Virus record (IMG/VR): IMGVR_UViG_3300044728_000138
Location: 1-29,567 of that record
Direction: 5' to 3' (one strand)
Length of the DNA stretch: 29,567 nt
DNA from: a virus
Lineage: Duplodnaviria; Caudoviricetes
The position numbers were made by a program, and so were the translations under genes. Positions 8,321 through 17,459 of this stretch are shown in pieces; position 1 is the stretch's first letter, and the number at the start of each line of letters is the position of its first letter. The notes beneath the pieces are model-generated. The model was given only the letters and a program-made list of their open reading frames with translations, searched no databases and was not told where the DNA came from.

Positions 8321-8595
8321 TCCGACGAGGCCATCCCGACGGGATCTATGGCCTCACATTCGACGACCTGCTCTCCGTCGTCTGGTCGGTGATGACCGAG
8401 AAGATGGACGCGCACCTGCATGAGCCGATGTGGGATGTGCTCTGCTCGGTGACGCAGGAAGAGGCCGACGCCACGATGGAGATCCTGAAGCGGGCCGCGC
8501 GTGGCGAAGACGGCCCGTCGATGAACTCGCCCGACCTCCAGGACGAGATGAAGGCTCTACACGAGAGCATGGGCGGGAGCAAACCTTCCGGCTAG
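8245..8595 (+). CDS. Tail assembly chaperone extension (T-like), probably reached by -1 frameshift
   Basis: The -1 frame is open from 8176 to 8595 and reads PYAAARALCGYLAQAHVFHRVQGDLIRRGHPDGIYGLTFDDLLSVVWSVM. It overlaps the G ORF and has no canonical start until 8389. Confidence 0.65.
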   Translation, partial: PYAAARALCGYLAQAHVFHRVQGDLIRRGHPDGIYGLTFDDLLSVVWSVMTEKMDAHLHEPMWDVLCSVTQEEADATMEILKRAARGEDGPSMNSPDLQDEMKALHESMGGSKPSG

Positions 8596-8604
8596 CATCC
8601 CGCC

Positions 8605-11600
8605 GTGTCCTTCGGTGGTGACTCGGCCAGTTTCGACATCCTGGTCAACTCCTCCGGCCTAGAGGAACTCGGCTCGAAGCTCGGCTCCTCGGTCGCGAAG
8701 GGCGTCAACACCGCAGAGAAGTCCGTCAAGGGTCTTGACCAGACCGTCGCTCACGTCGCCAAGTCGATCAGCGCCTCGTCGACGCAACTTGGCAAGGCCA
8801 TCGGCGCCAACGTCGCCAAGGGCATCAAGTCGAACTCGGCGTCGGTCCAGGCCGCCCTAATCCAGGCGGCCACCCAAGGCGTCCGCGGATCGCAGCAAGC
8901 AGCGGCAGCCGCGGCCAGGTCGAATCTCGCCGCCCAGAACGCAGCGGCACGGCTCCAGGTGGCTCAGACCACGGCGGCAGGCAAGCAGCAGGCCGCCATC
9001 GCGCAGAGCGTCGGTCAGCAGGCCGTCATCGCCGCGCGGACCTCGGGCGCCCAGCGCGTCGCTATCACTCGGGCCTTCCTCGACACGATCGGTCGGCTCG
9101 AGAAGGGCCTCGGCCGGGTCATCGAAGGCACCGCCTCGACGATCGTCTCCGCGACTCGGCGCGTCTTCGCCGGGACCGTCGGCTCGATCCAGCGGTCCTT
9201 CGCTCAGCGCCACGAGGTCATCACCAAGAACCTCCGCATCGAGCAGGGGCTGTTCGCTAGCGCAGCGGCCGTGCAGCAGCGCTCCTCGAGGGGCGTGCTC
9301 GGTCTTGGGCTTGGTGCTGCCGGTCTCATCGGGGGCGGTGCCCTGCTGGCGACGGGCATCCGGCAGATCTTCACGCTCGGCTCCGACTTCACGCGGGGTC
9401 TCAACGTTCTTCAGGCGCAACTCCAACTGACCGACGCCCAGATGAAGGGCGTCGACGCCCTTTCCATCAAACTCGGCAACGACATCAACCTGCCGGGCGT
9501 CTCGGCCCTGGACGCGGCCCAGGCGATCGGTCTGCTCGCCAAGCAGTTCGCGAGTCTGGGGCCAGCGGCGATCACCGCGGCACAGGATGCAGCGAAGGGC
9601 ACTCTCCAACTCGCCCGGGCCGTAGGCGCCGCGCCAGAGGAAGCAGCCCAGACCGTCGGTGCCGCCGTCAACGTCTTTGGTGAGAACGCCGCCAATGCGA
9701 CCAAGGTCGCGGATCAACTCACCGCGGCGCTGTCGCAGGCGGCCGGCACCTCCTTCTCCGACTTCAGCCAGGCCTTCACTCAGGGCGCCTCGGTCGTGTC
9801 GTCCTTCATCACTCCGGCTGACGGGGCGTCGAACGCGATCACGGAGTTCTCCGCGGCCTTGGCAGTGTTGGCTCGTGGCGGCCTGGTCGGGTCGGACGCC
9901 GGTACGTCGATCAAGCAGTTCTTCCTCCAGGCCAACCGCGGCACCAAGGAGGTCGCCGGGGCGCTCGCTGAGATCTCGGCCCGAGCTGGCGAGACGGGTA
10001 CGGCCTTCTTCACTGCTTCCGGCCAGTCGCGTTCCCTCGTGGAGACCATCTCGATTCTCGAGCGCGGCCTGAAGGGGCTCACAGCCGAGCAGCGCGCGTC
10101 GACCCTTCAGACGATCTTCGGCTCGGACGCCACCCGCGTTGCGAACATCCTCATCGACCAGGGGGCTGCGGCTCTGCTGACCGCCGAGGCAGCGGTCCAG
10201 CGCCAGGGCGCGGCGTCGGCCCTCGCGGCGGCTCAGAACAAGGGTCTGGCTGGCGCCATCGACGCCATCAAGTCTCAGTTCGAGACCTTCGGCATCCAGA
10301 TCTTCAAGGTCGTGCAGCCAGCCCTCGCGACAGCCGGGCTGGCCTTGGCGGGCTTCATCGACAAGCTCGCCAACGCCGGTGGGATCTTCGCTGCTGTGCG
10401 GGCGGGGCTGAAGGGCATCGGCGTCGCCCTCGGCGCGCTGGTCGCCATCAAGGGCCTGGTCGAAGTGGTCGGCTTCGCGAGGGCCTTGGTGGGTGCGCTC
10501 GGGCCTCTGGGCATCGCGGCGATCGTCCTTGGTGGCGCCATCGGCTTCCTACTGAAGCGCTTCGGCTCCTTCCAGGGAGTCCTCGACGCCGTTGGTCGGC
10601 TCGTCGAACGCGTCGCCCCGGCGGTCGCACGGCTGCGCAAGACAATCTTCGACTTCCTGTCCGGGCTGGCGCAGCGGGCCTCGTTCCTCGGCCGCTTCCG
10701 GGGCTTCCTGTCGCAGATCTTCGACCTACTTGGACAGGGCAAGCTGTCGCAGGCCTTCGACCGCGTGAAGGTCGCGGCCAAGGCACTCGCCGAGAACCTC
10801 GCGCCCGTGGGTCGGGCCTTCGCCAACCTCCGCAAGCCCATCGAGGCCTTCATCCAAGGCGATTTCGTCCGGGCCTTCGAGGGGCTGAAGGTCGTGGCCG
10901 GGCAGATTGGCACGGCAATCCGCAACGTCGTCTCGGCCGCGCTGAAGACCGTCGACCCCTTCGCTGGCATCGGCATCGAGTTCGTGAAGAAGTTCAAGGC
11001 CCAGTTCATCGGCGGCGGCATCGGTGCGATCGCAGGCGGGCTGCTGCTCGGCCCCATCGGCATCCCACTGGGCGCGGCTCTCGGCGTCGCCGTGACGAAC
11101 GCGCTTGGCAAGCTGAAGGACATCGTCGGCCGTGTCGACGTGGGCGCTCTGTTCGGCAAGTTCCTGGACGGGGTGCAACTCGTCGGCCGCAAGATCGGCG
11201 AGATCCTCTCCGACAAGCGGACCATTCTCGCTGTGGCTGGCGTGGCCGCTGCGGCCGCGGCTATCGCGGTGCAGTTCGTACAGGGCTTCGTGAAGGGGGT
11301 GCTGTCGAACCTCGGCGACATCCGGGCGGCCGGCGCTGAGATCCTCAAGGCGCTGTTCAACCTGCCGTCGGTGGCGAAGTCGATCCTCGCTCTTGTGGTT
11401 CTGATCCGCGGCACGTTGACGGGCCAGTTCAAGAGTGCCGGCATCGGTAAGGCCGTGGGCGCGGTCCTTGGCAAGGAGATCGCCGACGGCACCGCTCAGG
11501 CAGTGGATAAGGGGACCCTAGGTTCCAGGTTGAAGGGCGCCTTTGTCTCGATCGGCAAGGGGGCCGGGCAGGCCCTAAGCATCGGCATCTCGGCGGCGTT

Positions 11601-13944
11601 GTCGGGTTCCGCGCTCGGGTCGGCCAAGAGCGGCCTCGACCAGACTCTTGGTCTCGCATCGCTGGCTGGCTCCGTGGCTGCTGCCGGAGCTGTCTTCGGT
11701 CCGGTCGGAGCAGTGGGGGCGGCGGGCATCGGGCTAGTGACCACGGCCATGTCTCAGAACGCCCAGGCGGCTCAGGACGCCAGGGACAGGATGCTCCTGT
11801 TCCGAGACGCGATGATTCAGACCGGCGCCGCTGGTCCGGGAGTGGCGAAGGCCATCGACGCCGTCTTCGGCCCGGGTGGCTCCTTCCCGTCGGCGCTCAA
11901 GGGCACTCTCGCCGGCACCTCCTTTACCACCGAGGCCTTCACGAAGGCCATCAACGCTGGCAGGGGTAACGCGTTCATCAAGGACATTCAGAAGCAAGTC
12001 CTTGAGCTCACCGGCAGCATCCCGACGGCGACCGCCGTGGCCGGTCTCCTGACGCAGCAGTTGAAGGCCGCGGGCGGGGCGGCGAAGGACATCAAGCTCT
12101 CGAAGGAGCTAACCGATTCCGGCGGCGCGCTGGCGACCGTCAACCAGCGCGCGGGCCGCCTCGTGGTCACCGCGAAGGACGTGGCGAAGTTCGCCGCTGA
12201 GGCCGCCGCCAAGACTCGCGAGTTGTTCAAGGAGCAGCGTGCCGAGCGCCTCCAGGGGATCATGGACGCTTTGTCGGCGAAGGCCAAGGACATCGGCGAC
12301 AAGGCCGACGCCTCCAGGACCAAGTTGCTGGCGTTGTTCGGCACGGGCCAGGCGAAGACGCCCGATCAGGCCACGAACCAGGCCGTCGTCGCGACACCGG
12401 GTGCAGCGAGTGACGTGCAGGGCGCCATCGACACTGGTGTCACGACGGCGCTCGGCAAGGCGCAGTTGGCGACGGCACTGCAAGGCTTCAGCGCCAATGT
12501 CGGCGAGGCCCTCGTCACCGGGATCACGTCGGCTGATCCGCTCGGTGCCATCAGCCAGACGCTCCTGAGCGAGACCCTGGCGATCAACGCCCTTGAGGTC
12601 TCGCCCGAGGCCAAGCAGGCCCTTCTCGCCCAGTTGAACGCGGACTTCGCGACCGCCAAGGAGAAGATCCCCGTGGGCGTGGAGATCGCCCAGCAGGAGG
12701 CGGCTGCGGCGGGGCTGGAAGCCCAGCGTCAGGCGGCAGCGGCGGCAGCAGCGGCGGGCAAGATTCCGATTAGCTCGGGGGCCGACCTGGTGCAAGCACA
12801 GCAGGCAGGTCGTGAAGCGGCGCTCAAGGCCGGGACGGTGGCCGACGGCATCCCAGCGAACATCCGCTCCAAGGCCGACACCGGCTCGGCGACGGGAGCG
12901 GGCAACACGATTCACTCCACTGCCCAGAAGGCTGCGGACAAGCCGATCACTGTCGGCTCGACGGTCAACGTGAGCACCTTCGCTGGGACCAAGGCTGGCG
13001 GCGCCATCGCTTCGGCGGTGATGGCTGGGTTTAAGAGCGGTGTCTCTGCCAGCTCCGCCTCGGTCTCGAAGACCGTGACGACCGTCCTCAATGGCGCGGT
13101 CATCAACACCGCCCAAGCCACGCTGCGGATCTCGTCGCCGTCGAAGGTCTTCATGGAGATCGGTGAGCAGACGATGAAGGGCCTCGAGCAGGGCATCCGC
13201 GACGGCGGCGCAGCCGTGAAGTCCGCCGTGGAGGACGTGGCGCGGGCCATGATCGACGCCCTCAACACCCCAGGCAACAGCGTGCCCGGCGCTCTGAAGA
13301 CGCTGTTCGACGACACCTTCGAGCGGCTCGCCATCGGCGGCGGAGCAAACACGAGCAAGGCCGTCGAGGGGCTCACGACCGCGTTGCGGTCCGTCATCAC
13401 GCAGGTCCGCTCGAACGCCGAGACACTCTTTGCTGCTGGCTCGAAGCCCGAGGGCGAGCGGACCCTGGCCGAACGTCTTCTTCTCGGCGAGTCCTTCACC
13501 TCACTGCGCGCTGGAGACGAGTTCGGTGTCGCTAACCGGGGTGCGATCGCTGGCGCCGTCGACGCCATCAAGTCGATCGGTGAGGCTCTGCTCGAGCAGG
13601 GGTTCTCCGCCCAGGACGCTGCCAACCAGCTCGCCGCCTACCGCAACCAACTCGTTGCCACCGCGGTCCAGGCCGGGCTGTCGCAGGCCGAGGTCGAGGC
13701 TCTCGTCGTGTCGCTCGGGCTGTCGAACGCCGGCCTGGCTGCGTTCGTGGGCAACGCCAACAGGCTGAACCAGATCGTCGCCGAGGGTCAACGGAGGGCT
13801 GCCGTGCCGAACACGCCACCACCGCTGACGACGGGTCCGAATCCGACGCAGCAGTTCATCACGAACAACCTCTATCTCCCCACTGGTGACCCCGAGGCCA
13901 ACGCTCTCGCCGTCGTCAACCGACAGGCACTGGCGGTCCGGTGA
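8605..13944 (+). CDS. Tape measure protein (1779 aa)
   Basis: Very long Ala/Gly-rich helical protein after the chaperones. Has a TP901-type core (G..GS.AGTS.K, TIFGSDA.R.A), hydrophobic central segments and a late ISSPSKVF motif. Confidence 0.95.
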   Translation: MSFGGDSASFDILVNSSGLEELGSKLGSSVAKGVNTAEKSVKGLDQTVAHVAKSISASSTQLGKAIGANVAKGIKSNSASVQAALIQAATQGVRGSQQAAAAAARSNLAAQNAAARLQVAQTTAAGKQQAAIAQSVGQQAVIAARTSGAQRVAITRAFLDTIGRLEKGLGRVIEGTASTIVSATRRVFAGTVGSIQRSFAQRHEVITKNLRIEQGLFASAAAVQQRSSRGVLGLGLGAAGLIGGGALLATGIRQIFTLGSDFTRGLNVLQAQLQLTDAQMKGVDALSIKLGNDINLPGVSALDAAQAIGLLAKQFASLGPAAITAAQDAAKGTLQLARAVGAAPEEAAQTVGAAVNVFGENAANATKVADQLTAALSQAAGTSFSDFSQAFTQGASVVSSFITPADGASNAITEFSAALAVLARGGLVGSDAGTSIKQFFLQANRGTKEVAGALAEISARAGETGTAFFTASGQSRSLVETISILERGLKGLTAEQRASTLQTIFGSDATRVANILIDQGAAALLTAEAAVQRQGAASALAAAQNKGLAGAIDAIKSQFETFGIQIFKVVQPALATAGLALAGFIDKLANAGGIFAAVRAGLKGIGVALGALVAIKGLVEVVGFARALVGALGPLGIAAIVLGGAIGFLLKRFGSFQGVLDAVGRLVERVAPAVARLRKTIFDFLSGLAQRASFLGRFRGFLSQIFDLLGQGKLSQAFDRVKVAAKALAENLAPVGRAFANLRKPIEAFIQGDFVRAFEGLKVVAGQIGTAIRNVVSAALKTVDPFAGIGIEFVKKFKAQFIGGGIGAIAGGLLLGPIGIPLGAALGVAVTNALGKLKDIVGRVDVGALFGKFLDGVQLVGRKIGEILSDKRTILAVAGVAAAAAAIAVQFVQGFVKGVLSNLGDIRAAGAEILKALFNLPSVAKSILALVVLIRGTLTGQFKSAGIGKAVGAVLGKEIADGTAQAVDKGTLGSRLKGAFVSIGKGAGQALSIGISAALSGSALGSAKSGLDQTLGLASLAGSVAAAGAVFGPVGAVGAAGIGLVTTAMSQNAQAAQDARDRMLLFRDAMIQTGAAGPGVAKAIDAVFGPGGSFPSALKGTLAGTSFTTEAFTKAINAGRGNAFIKDIQKQVLELTGSIPTATAVAGLLTQQLKAAGGAAKDIKLSKELTDSGGALATVNQRAGRLVVTAKDVAKFAAEAAAKTRELFKEQRAERLQGIMDALSAKAKDIGDKADASRTKLLALFGTGQAKTPDQATNQAVVATPGAASDVQGAIDTGVTTALGKAQLATALQGFSANVGEALVTGITSADPLGAISQTLLSETLAINALEVSPEAKQALLAQLNADFATAKEKIPVGVEIAQQEAAAAGLEAQRQAAAAAAAAGKIPISSGADLVQAQQAGREAALKAGTVADGIPANIRSKADTGSATGAGNTIHSTAQKAADKPITVGSTVNVSTFAGTKAGGAIASAVMAGFKSGVSASSASVSKTVTTVLNGAVINTAQATLRISSPSKVFMEIGEQTMKGLEQGIRDGGAAVKSAVEDVARAMIDALNTPGNSVPGALKTLFDDTFERLAIGGGANTSKAVEGLTTALRSVITQVRSNAETLFAAGSKPEGERTLAERLLLGESFTSLRAGDEFGVANRGAIAGAVDAIKSIGEALLEQGFSAQDAANQLAAYRNQLVATAVQAGLSQAEVEALVVSLGLSNAGLAAFVGNANRLNQIVAEGQRRAAVPNTPPPLTTGPNPTQQFITNNLYLPTGDPEANALAVVNRQALAVR

Positions 13945-13945
13945 C

Positions 13946-15190
13946 ATGACCCATCACATGCAGTTCCTGTACTCGCTGAACGACGACGGCTCTGTTTGCG
14001 AAATATTCAATGGCGAGCGCCTCATGTCGTCACTGACCGACACCGGACTGTGCAACGTGCTCGGCATCAAGCAGCAGGGCACCGACTGTCGGTGGTCCGA
14101 CGGCACGCTGCCGCTCGCCCTTGACACCTGCTCGGTCGACGTCGACGGTGAGCACACATGGGAGCCGATCACCTTTGCCGGGGTCACCTGGCCCGGCAAT
14201 CCCGCGCCCTGGTGGGATGGGGTGGCCGACTCGGTCTCCTCCGGCGGCTATGGCTTCTGGATCGAAGAGTGGACCGGGCTCGACTCCGTCCACATGAAGC
14301 GCAACGCCGCGCAGCGCGCTGGTCGTCTCGGTGGGGCGAACTTCGGCTCGCTCGCCTCCCAGAGTCGGGTGTGGAAGATGAACTTGATCCTCGTCGGTGC
14401 ATCGGGCGCCGCGCTTGAGGACCTCTTCCGTTGGCTTGAGTCCACCCTCGCCGACTGTTGCGACCCGTGCGCTGGCTCGGAGATGCTGATCCGCACTGCC
14501 TGTCCGCCCGACGGGGACGCGGGCTTCGGCCTCTACCGGGCGAAGGGCGTCGCGCTGATCGAAGGGCTCCAGTGGGAGGCGCCGCCGATCGAGTCGCTCG
14601 GCTGCTTCATCCGTCGCGTGTCGGTGACGCTCGGCGTCTCCGATCCGTGCCTCTACTCGTGCGCTGTGAACTGTGCCGACCAGGAGGAGCTACCGAACAT
14701 CCTTGATTGTGTGCCCTTCGCTCTGTGGGCAGGCTGCAATGTCTCCTGCTCCGACATGCTCGACTACCGGATCTGCTGTCCGGTCCCGGCTGGCGGCCGC
14801 GGCACCGTGTCCCCGGTGGTGACGATCGAGAACGAAAGCTCGGGCGACTCGCCGGCGATGAGGATCTACGGGATGTCGGACCCGCTGAATGTCGGCTGTG
14901 ATCCGTGCTCGTTGCCGATCTGTCAGAACATCGTGACCACCCAGATCCCCGGCGGCTCAGCCCTGATGGTCGACTCCTCCTCGCGCCGCGTGCTGTTCCG
15001 CGGGCCTGACACCGGTCAGGAGTGGGTGGACGGGACGTCGTTCATCGACCCACCCGAGGGCACTGTGCCGACGTTCCTCCAGCTCTCTTGCGATCCGGGC
15101 TGGGTGGCGGTTGAGCCGGTGGCGCTCTGCGGTGACACCTCCGCGCTGAAGATCTCCGTGGACGTGGTCTCAAGAGTCGGCTGCTGCTGA
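13946..15190 (+). CDS. Minor tail protein (distal tail, Dit-like), very Cys-rich
   Basis: ATG 13946 right after the TMP stop; 414 aa, 24 Cys. APWWD, L..G..WL...L, DP.LY and IP.GS.L.VDS..RRV patterns match post-TMP proteins of related actinophages. Confidence 0.7.
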   Translation: MTHHMQFLYSLNDDGSVCEIFNGERLMSSLTDTGLCNVLGIKQQGTDCRWSDGTLPLALDTCSVDVDGEHTWEPITFAGVTWPGNPAPWWDGVADSVSSGGYGFWIEEWTGLDSVHMKRNAAQRAGRLGGANFGSLASQSRVWKMNLILVGASGAALEDLFRWLESTLADCCDPCAGSEMLIRTACPPDGDAGFGLYRAKGVALIEGLQWEAPPIESLGCFIRRVSVTLGVSDPCLYSCAVNCADQEELPNILDCVPFALWAGCNVSCSDMLDYRICCPVPAGGRGTVSPVVTIENESSGDSPAMRIYGMSDPLNVGCDPCSLPICQNIVTTQIPGGSALMVDSSSRRVLFRGPDTGQEWVDGTSFIDPPEGTVPTFLQLSCDPGWVAVEPVALCGDTSALKISVDVVSRVGCC

Positions 15191-15191
15191 C

Positions 15192-17459
15192 TTGAGCGCC
15201 ATCCCGCGCTATGTCTTGTCGGCAACCGAGGCCGCGGCGCGCATCGCCGGCTACATCTTCGGCGACGGCAACCCGGACGTGCAGTACAACCCGCTCGGCG
15301 GGCTGTGCTTCACTTTCATCGGAGCGGCCGAGTTCCAGACCGAGTGCGTGCGCTGCGCCGGGGTGATCGGCTGGACCGAGGGTGTCCAGTGGGCGCACGC
15401 CAACAACGGGAACTTCAAGGTCCGGCGCGACGCCCTCTATGCAGCACTCGGGATCACGGACTCGGCGCACGACCTCTACCACCGGGCCCTCAACCCGACC
15501 GGCACCTACACGCCGACGAGGATTCAGGTCGAGGCGTTCATGGCGTCGATCGTGGAGACCGAAGGCTCCTTCTCGACGAACCCGCCGAAGTTCTTCGACG
15601 AGGCCCGAGGCGGGATCTACGACCAGCGCATCGATGCGCTCGTGCTCACCATGCAGACGCAGATGCCGAGCGCTTTCCGCTCCGGCGTCGCTGCCAAGGC
15701 TTCACTCGCCGAGACTGACGCCTTCCCGATGCCGCTCATCACCGCGGCTCGCTACCCCGGCGACACGCCGGCCGACTGGCCTGACGGCGCTCCGCCCCCG
15801 CCCGACGAGACCCCGCCGGCGATCCCGACAGGGCTGAGCGCATTCGCCGGAAACACCCAGGTCACCCTCACCTGGAACATCCCGTCGGACCCTGACCTCG
15901 CTGGCTACATCCTCTACCGCGACGGCAACACGCAGGTCTACATCGGGGCGGTCCCGTCGTTCATCGACTCGAACCGCACCAACGGCGTGGAGGTCTGCTA
16001 CCAGGTCGCGGCCTACGACCTCTCCGAGAACGCCAGCGCGCTTTCGGCCGCGGTCTGCGCCACGCCAACAGGCGGCACGGACCCAGGCGACACGGTCCCG
16101 CCAGACGCTCCGTCCGCCCTCACTGGGTCGACGGGCGGCACGACCGCCACCCTGTCCTGGACGGGCTCTGTGGCCTCCGACGTCGCCTCTTACCGGGTGT
16201 ACCGCGGCTCGGTCCTTGTGGCCACCGTGGCGGCCCCTACGACGCTCTACACGGACACCGGGCTGACGCCGGACACGATCTACGCCTTCCGGGTCACAGC
16301 GGTCGACTCGGCGGGCAACGAGAGCACCTCGACGCCGTTCCTGAGTCTCACCACCGCCGACGTTCCCGTCGATCCGCCGCTCATCACCCAGACCCCGATC
16401 CAGGTCGTCGACCGGCTTGGGTGTGGCGAGACTCAGGCATTCATCGCGCACCGCTCCGGTTGGCCGCTCCTCACCGAACTTCCTGGCACCGGAGGCTCAT
16501 GGAACCGGGTGATGGACGACATCTCTGACGCCAAGGTGACCATGGAGCAGGCCAACCTGCCCGCCGAGTGCGCCTCGATCCTCCAGGGGATCACCCGCTG
16601 GGCCTATGAGCTCGTGATCTTCCGCGACGGCGTTCGGGTCCACACCGGGCCGATCCAGGACGTGCTGCCGGAGGGCGAGAACCTGACGGTCACGTCGAGG
16701 GACAAGATGGCCTGGCCGACGGTGCGGCCGATCTGGACCTACCTCAACTACCCGGACCCGGGCGAAGAGATGGCGACGATCTTCAACGACGTGATCGCCA
16801 ACGCGATGGGCCCCGACAACGTGCCTGGTCTCGTCGGCACGGCCACGGCCACCGGGCTGCGCGCCACCCGCGAGTACAAGCCGAACCCGCCCCAGTACGC
16901 GTGGGACGCCCTCAACGAGCTCTGCCGTACCGGCGTGGACTTCACCATGATCGGCCCGACGATGGTGGCAGGATCGTTCATCGTCCCCGCCTCCCCCATC
17001 GCCTTCCTCACCGAGCAGGCTTTCGCCGGGCTCCCCTCTACGCCGCTGCTGGCCGCCAACGTGGCCACCCAGTGGTTCGTGACCGGCGATCCGCAGGAGG
17101 ATCTCCTGGCGTCCGCGGGCGGCATCGACCCCCTCGTCGGCCTCGTCGTGCGTATCGCTCAGGAAGATGACATCAAGGACCAGGTATCTCTGGATCAGAA
17201 CGCTCGCTCGAGATGGGAGTTGACCAACAGCCCGCTCGTCGCCGAGTCCTCCTTCACTCTCTCGCCCGAGGCGCCCTGGCCGGTCGAGCTCATGGTGCCG
17301 GGCTGCATCGTCGACATCCGTTTCTTCGAGACCCTGTTCCCGATCGTCGGGCGGTTCCGCCTCAAGCGGGTTGAGTTCGATTGGTCTGCTGGCGGCGACG
17401 GTCCGGCCGAGACATGCCGGGTCACTGTCGAGCCCGTCGGTACGGAGTTGATTTCCTGA
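15192..17459 (+). CDS. Tail hub/tip protein with N-terminal LAGLIDADG-like domain and two fibronectin type III domains
   Basis: 755 aa, TTG start. Two FN3 repeats (P.GL.A..G...V.LTW...D.DLAGY..YR...Y.V.A.D...N.S) at about 15805-16360. C-terminal region from LGCG on (W.RVMDDIS.A.V, W.YELVIFRDG.RV..GP, G.DFT) is a Gp37/Tal-like hub. Confidence 0.75.
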   Translation: MSAIPRYVLSATEAAARIAGYIFGDGNPDVQYNPLGGLCFTFIGAAEFQTECVRCAGVIGWTEGVQWAHANNGNFKVRRDALYAALGITDSAHDLYHRALNPTGTYTPTRIQVEAFMASIVETEGSFSTNPPKFFDEARGGIYDQRIDALVLTMQTQMPSAFRSGVAAKASLAETDAFPMPLITAARYPGDTPADWPDGAPPPPDETPPAIPTGLSAFAGNTQVTLTWNIPSDPDLAGYILYRDGNTQVYIGAVPSFIDSNRTNGVEVCYQVAAYDLSENASALSAAVCATPTGGTDPGDTVPPDAPSALTGSTGGTTATLSWTGSVASDVASYRVYRGSVLVATVAAPTTLYTDTGLTPDTIYAFRVTAVDSAGNESTSTPFLSLTTADVPVDPPLITQTPIQVVDRLGCGETQAFIAHRSGWPLLTELPGTGGSWNRVMDDISDAKVTMEQANLPAECASILQGITRWAYELVIFRDGVRVHTGPIQDVLPEGENLTVTSRDKMAWPTVRPIWTYLNYPDPGEEMATIFNDVIANAMGPDNVPGLVGTATATGLRATREYKPNPPQYAWDALNELCRTGVDFTMIGPTMVAGSFIVPASPIAFLTEQAFAGLPSTPLLAANVATQWFVTGDPQEDLLASAGGIDPLVGLVVRIAQEDDIKDQVSLDQNARSRWELTNSPLVAESSFTLSPEAPWPVELMVPGCIVDIRFFETLFPIVGRFRLKRVEFDWSAGGDGPAETCRVTVEPVGTELIS

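Noticed and set aside
8605-13944. Lytic transglycosylase, Rpf or peptidase domain within the tape measure protein
   Set aside because: No such motifs are visible. The near absence of Trp, Tyr, Cys and His argues against an embedded enzyme domain.
15170-15800. Intein or group I intron around the LAGLIDADG-like domain
   Set aside because: There is no N-terminal Cys/Ser block A and no His-Asn-Cys/Ser/Thr end. The upstream gene ends with a stop 1 nt before, and no non-coding flanks exist for an intron core.
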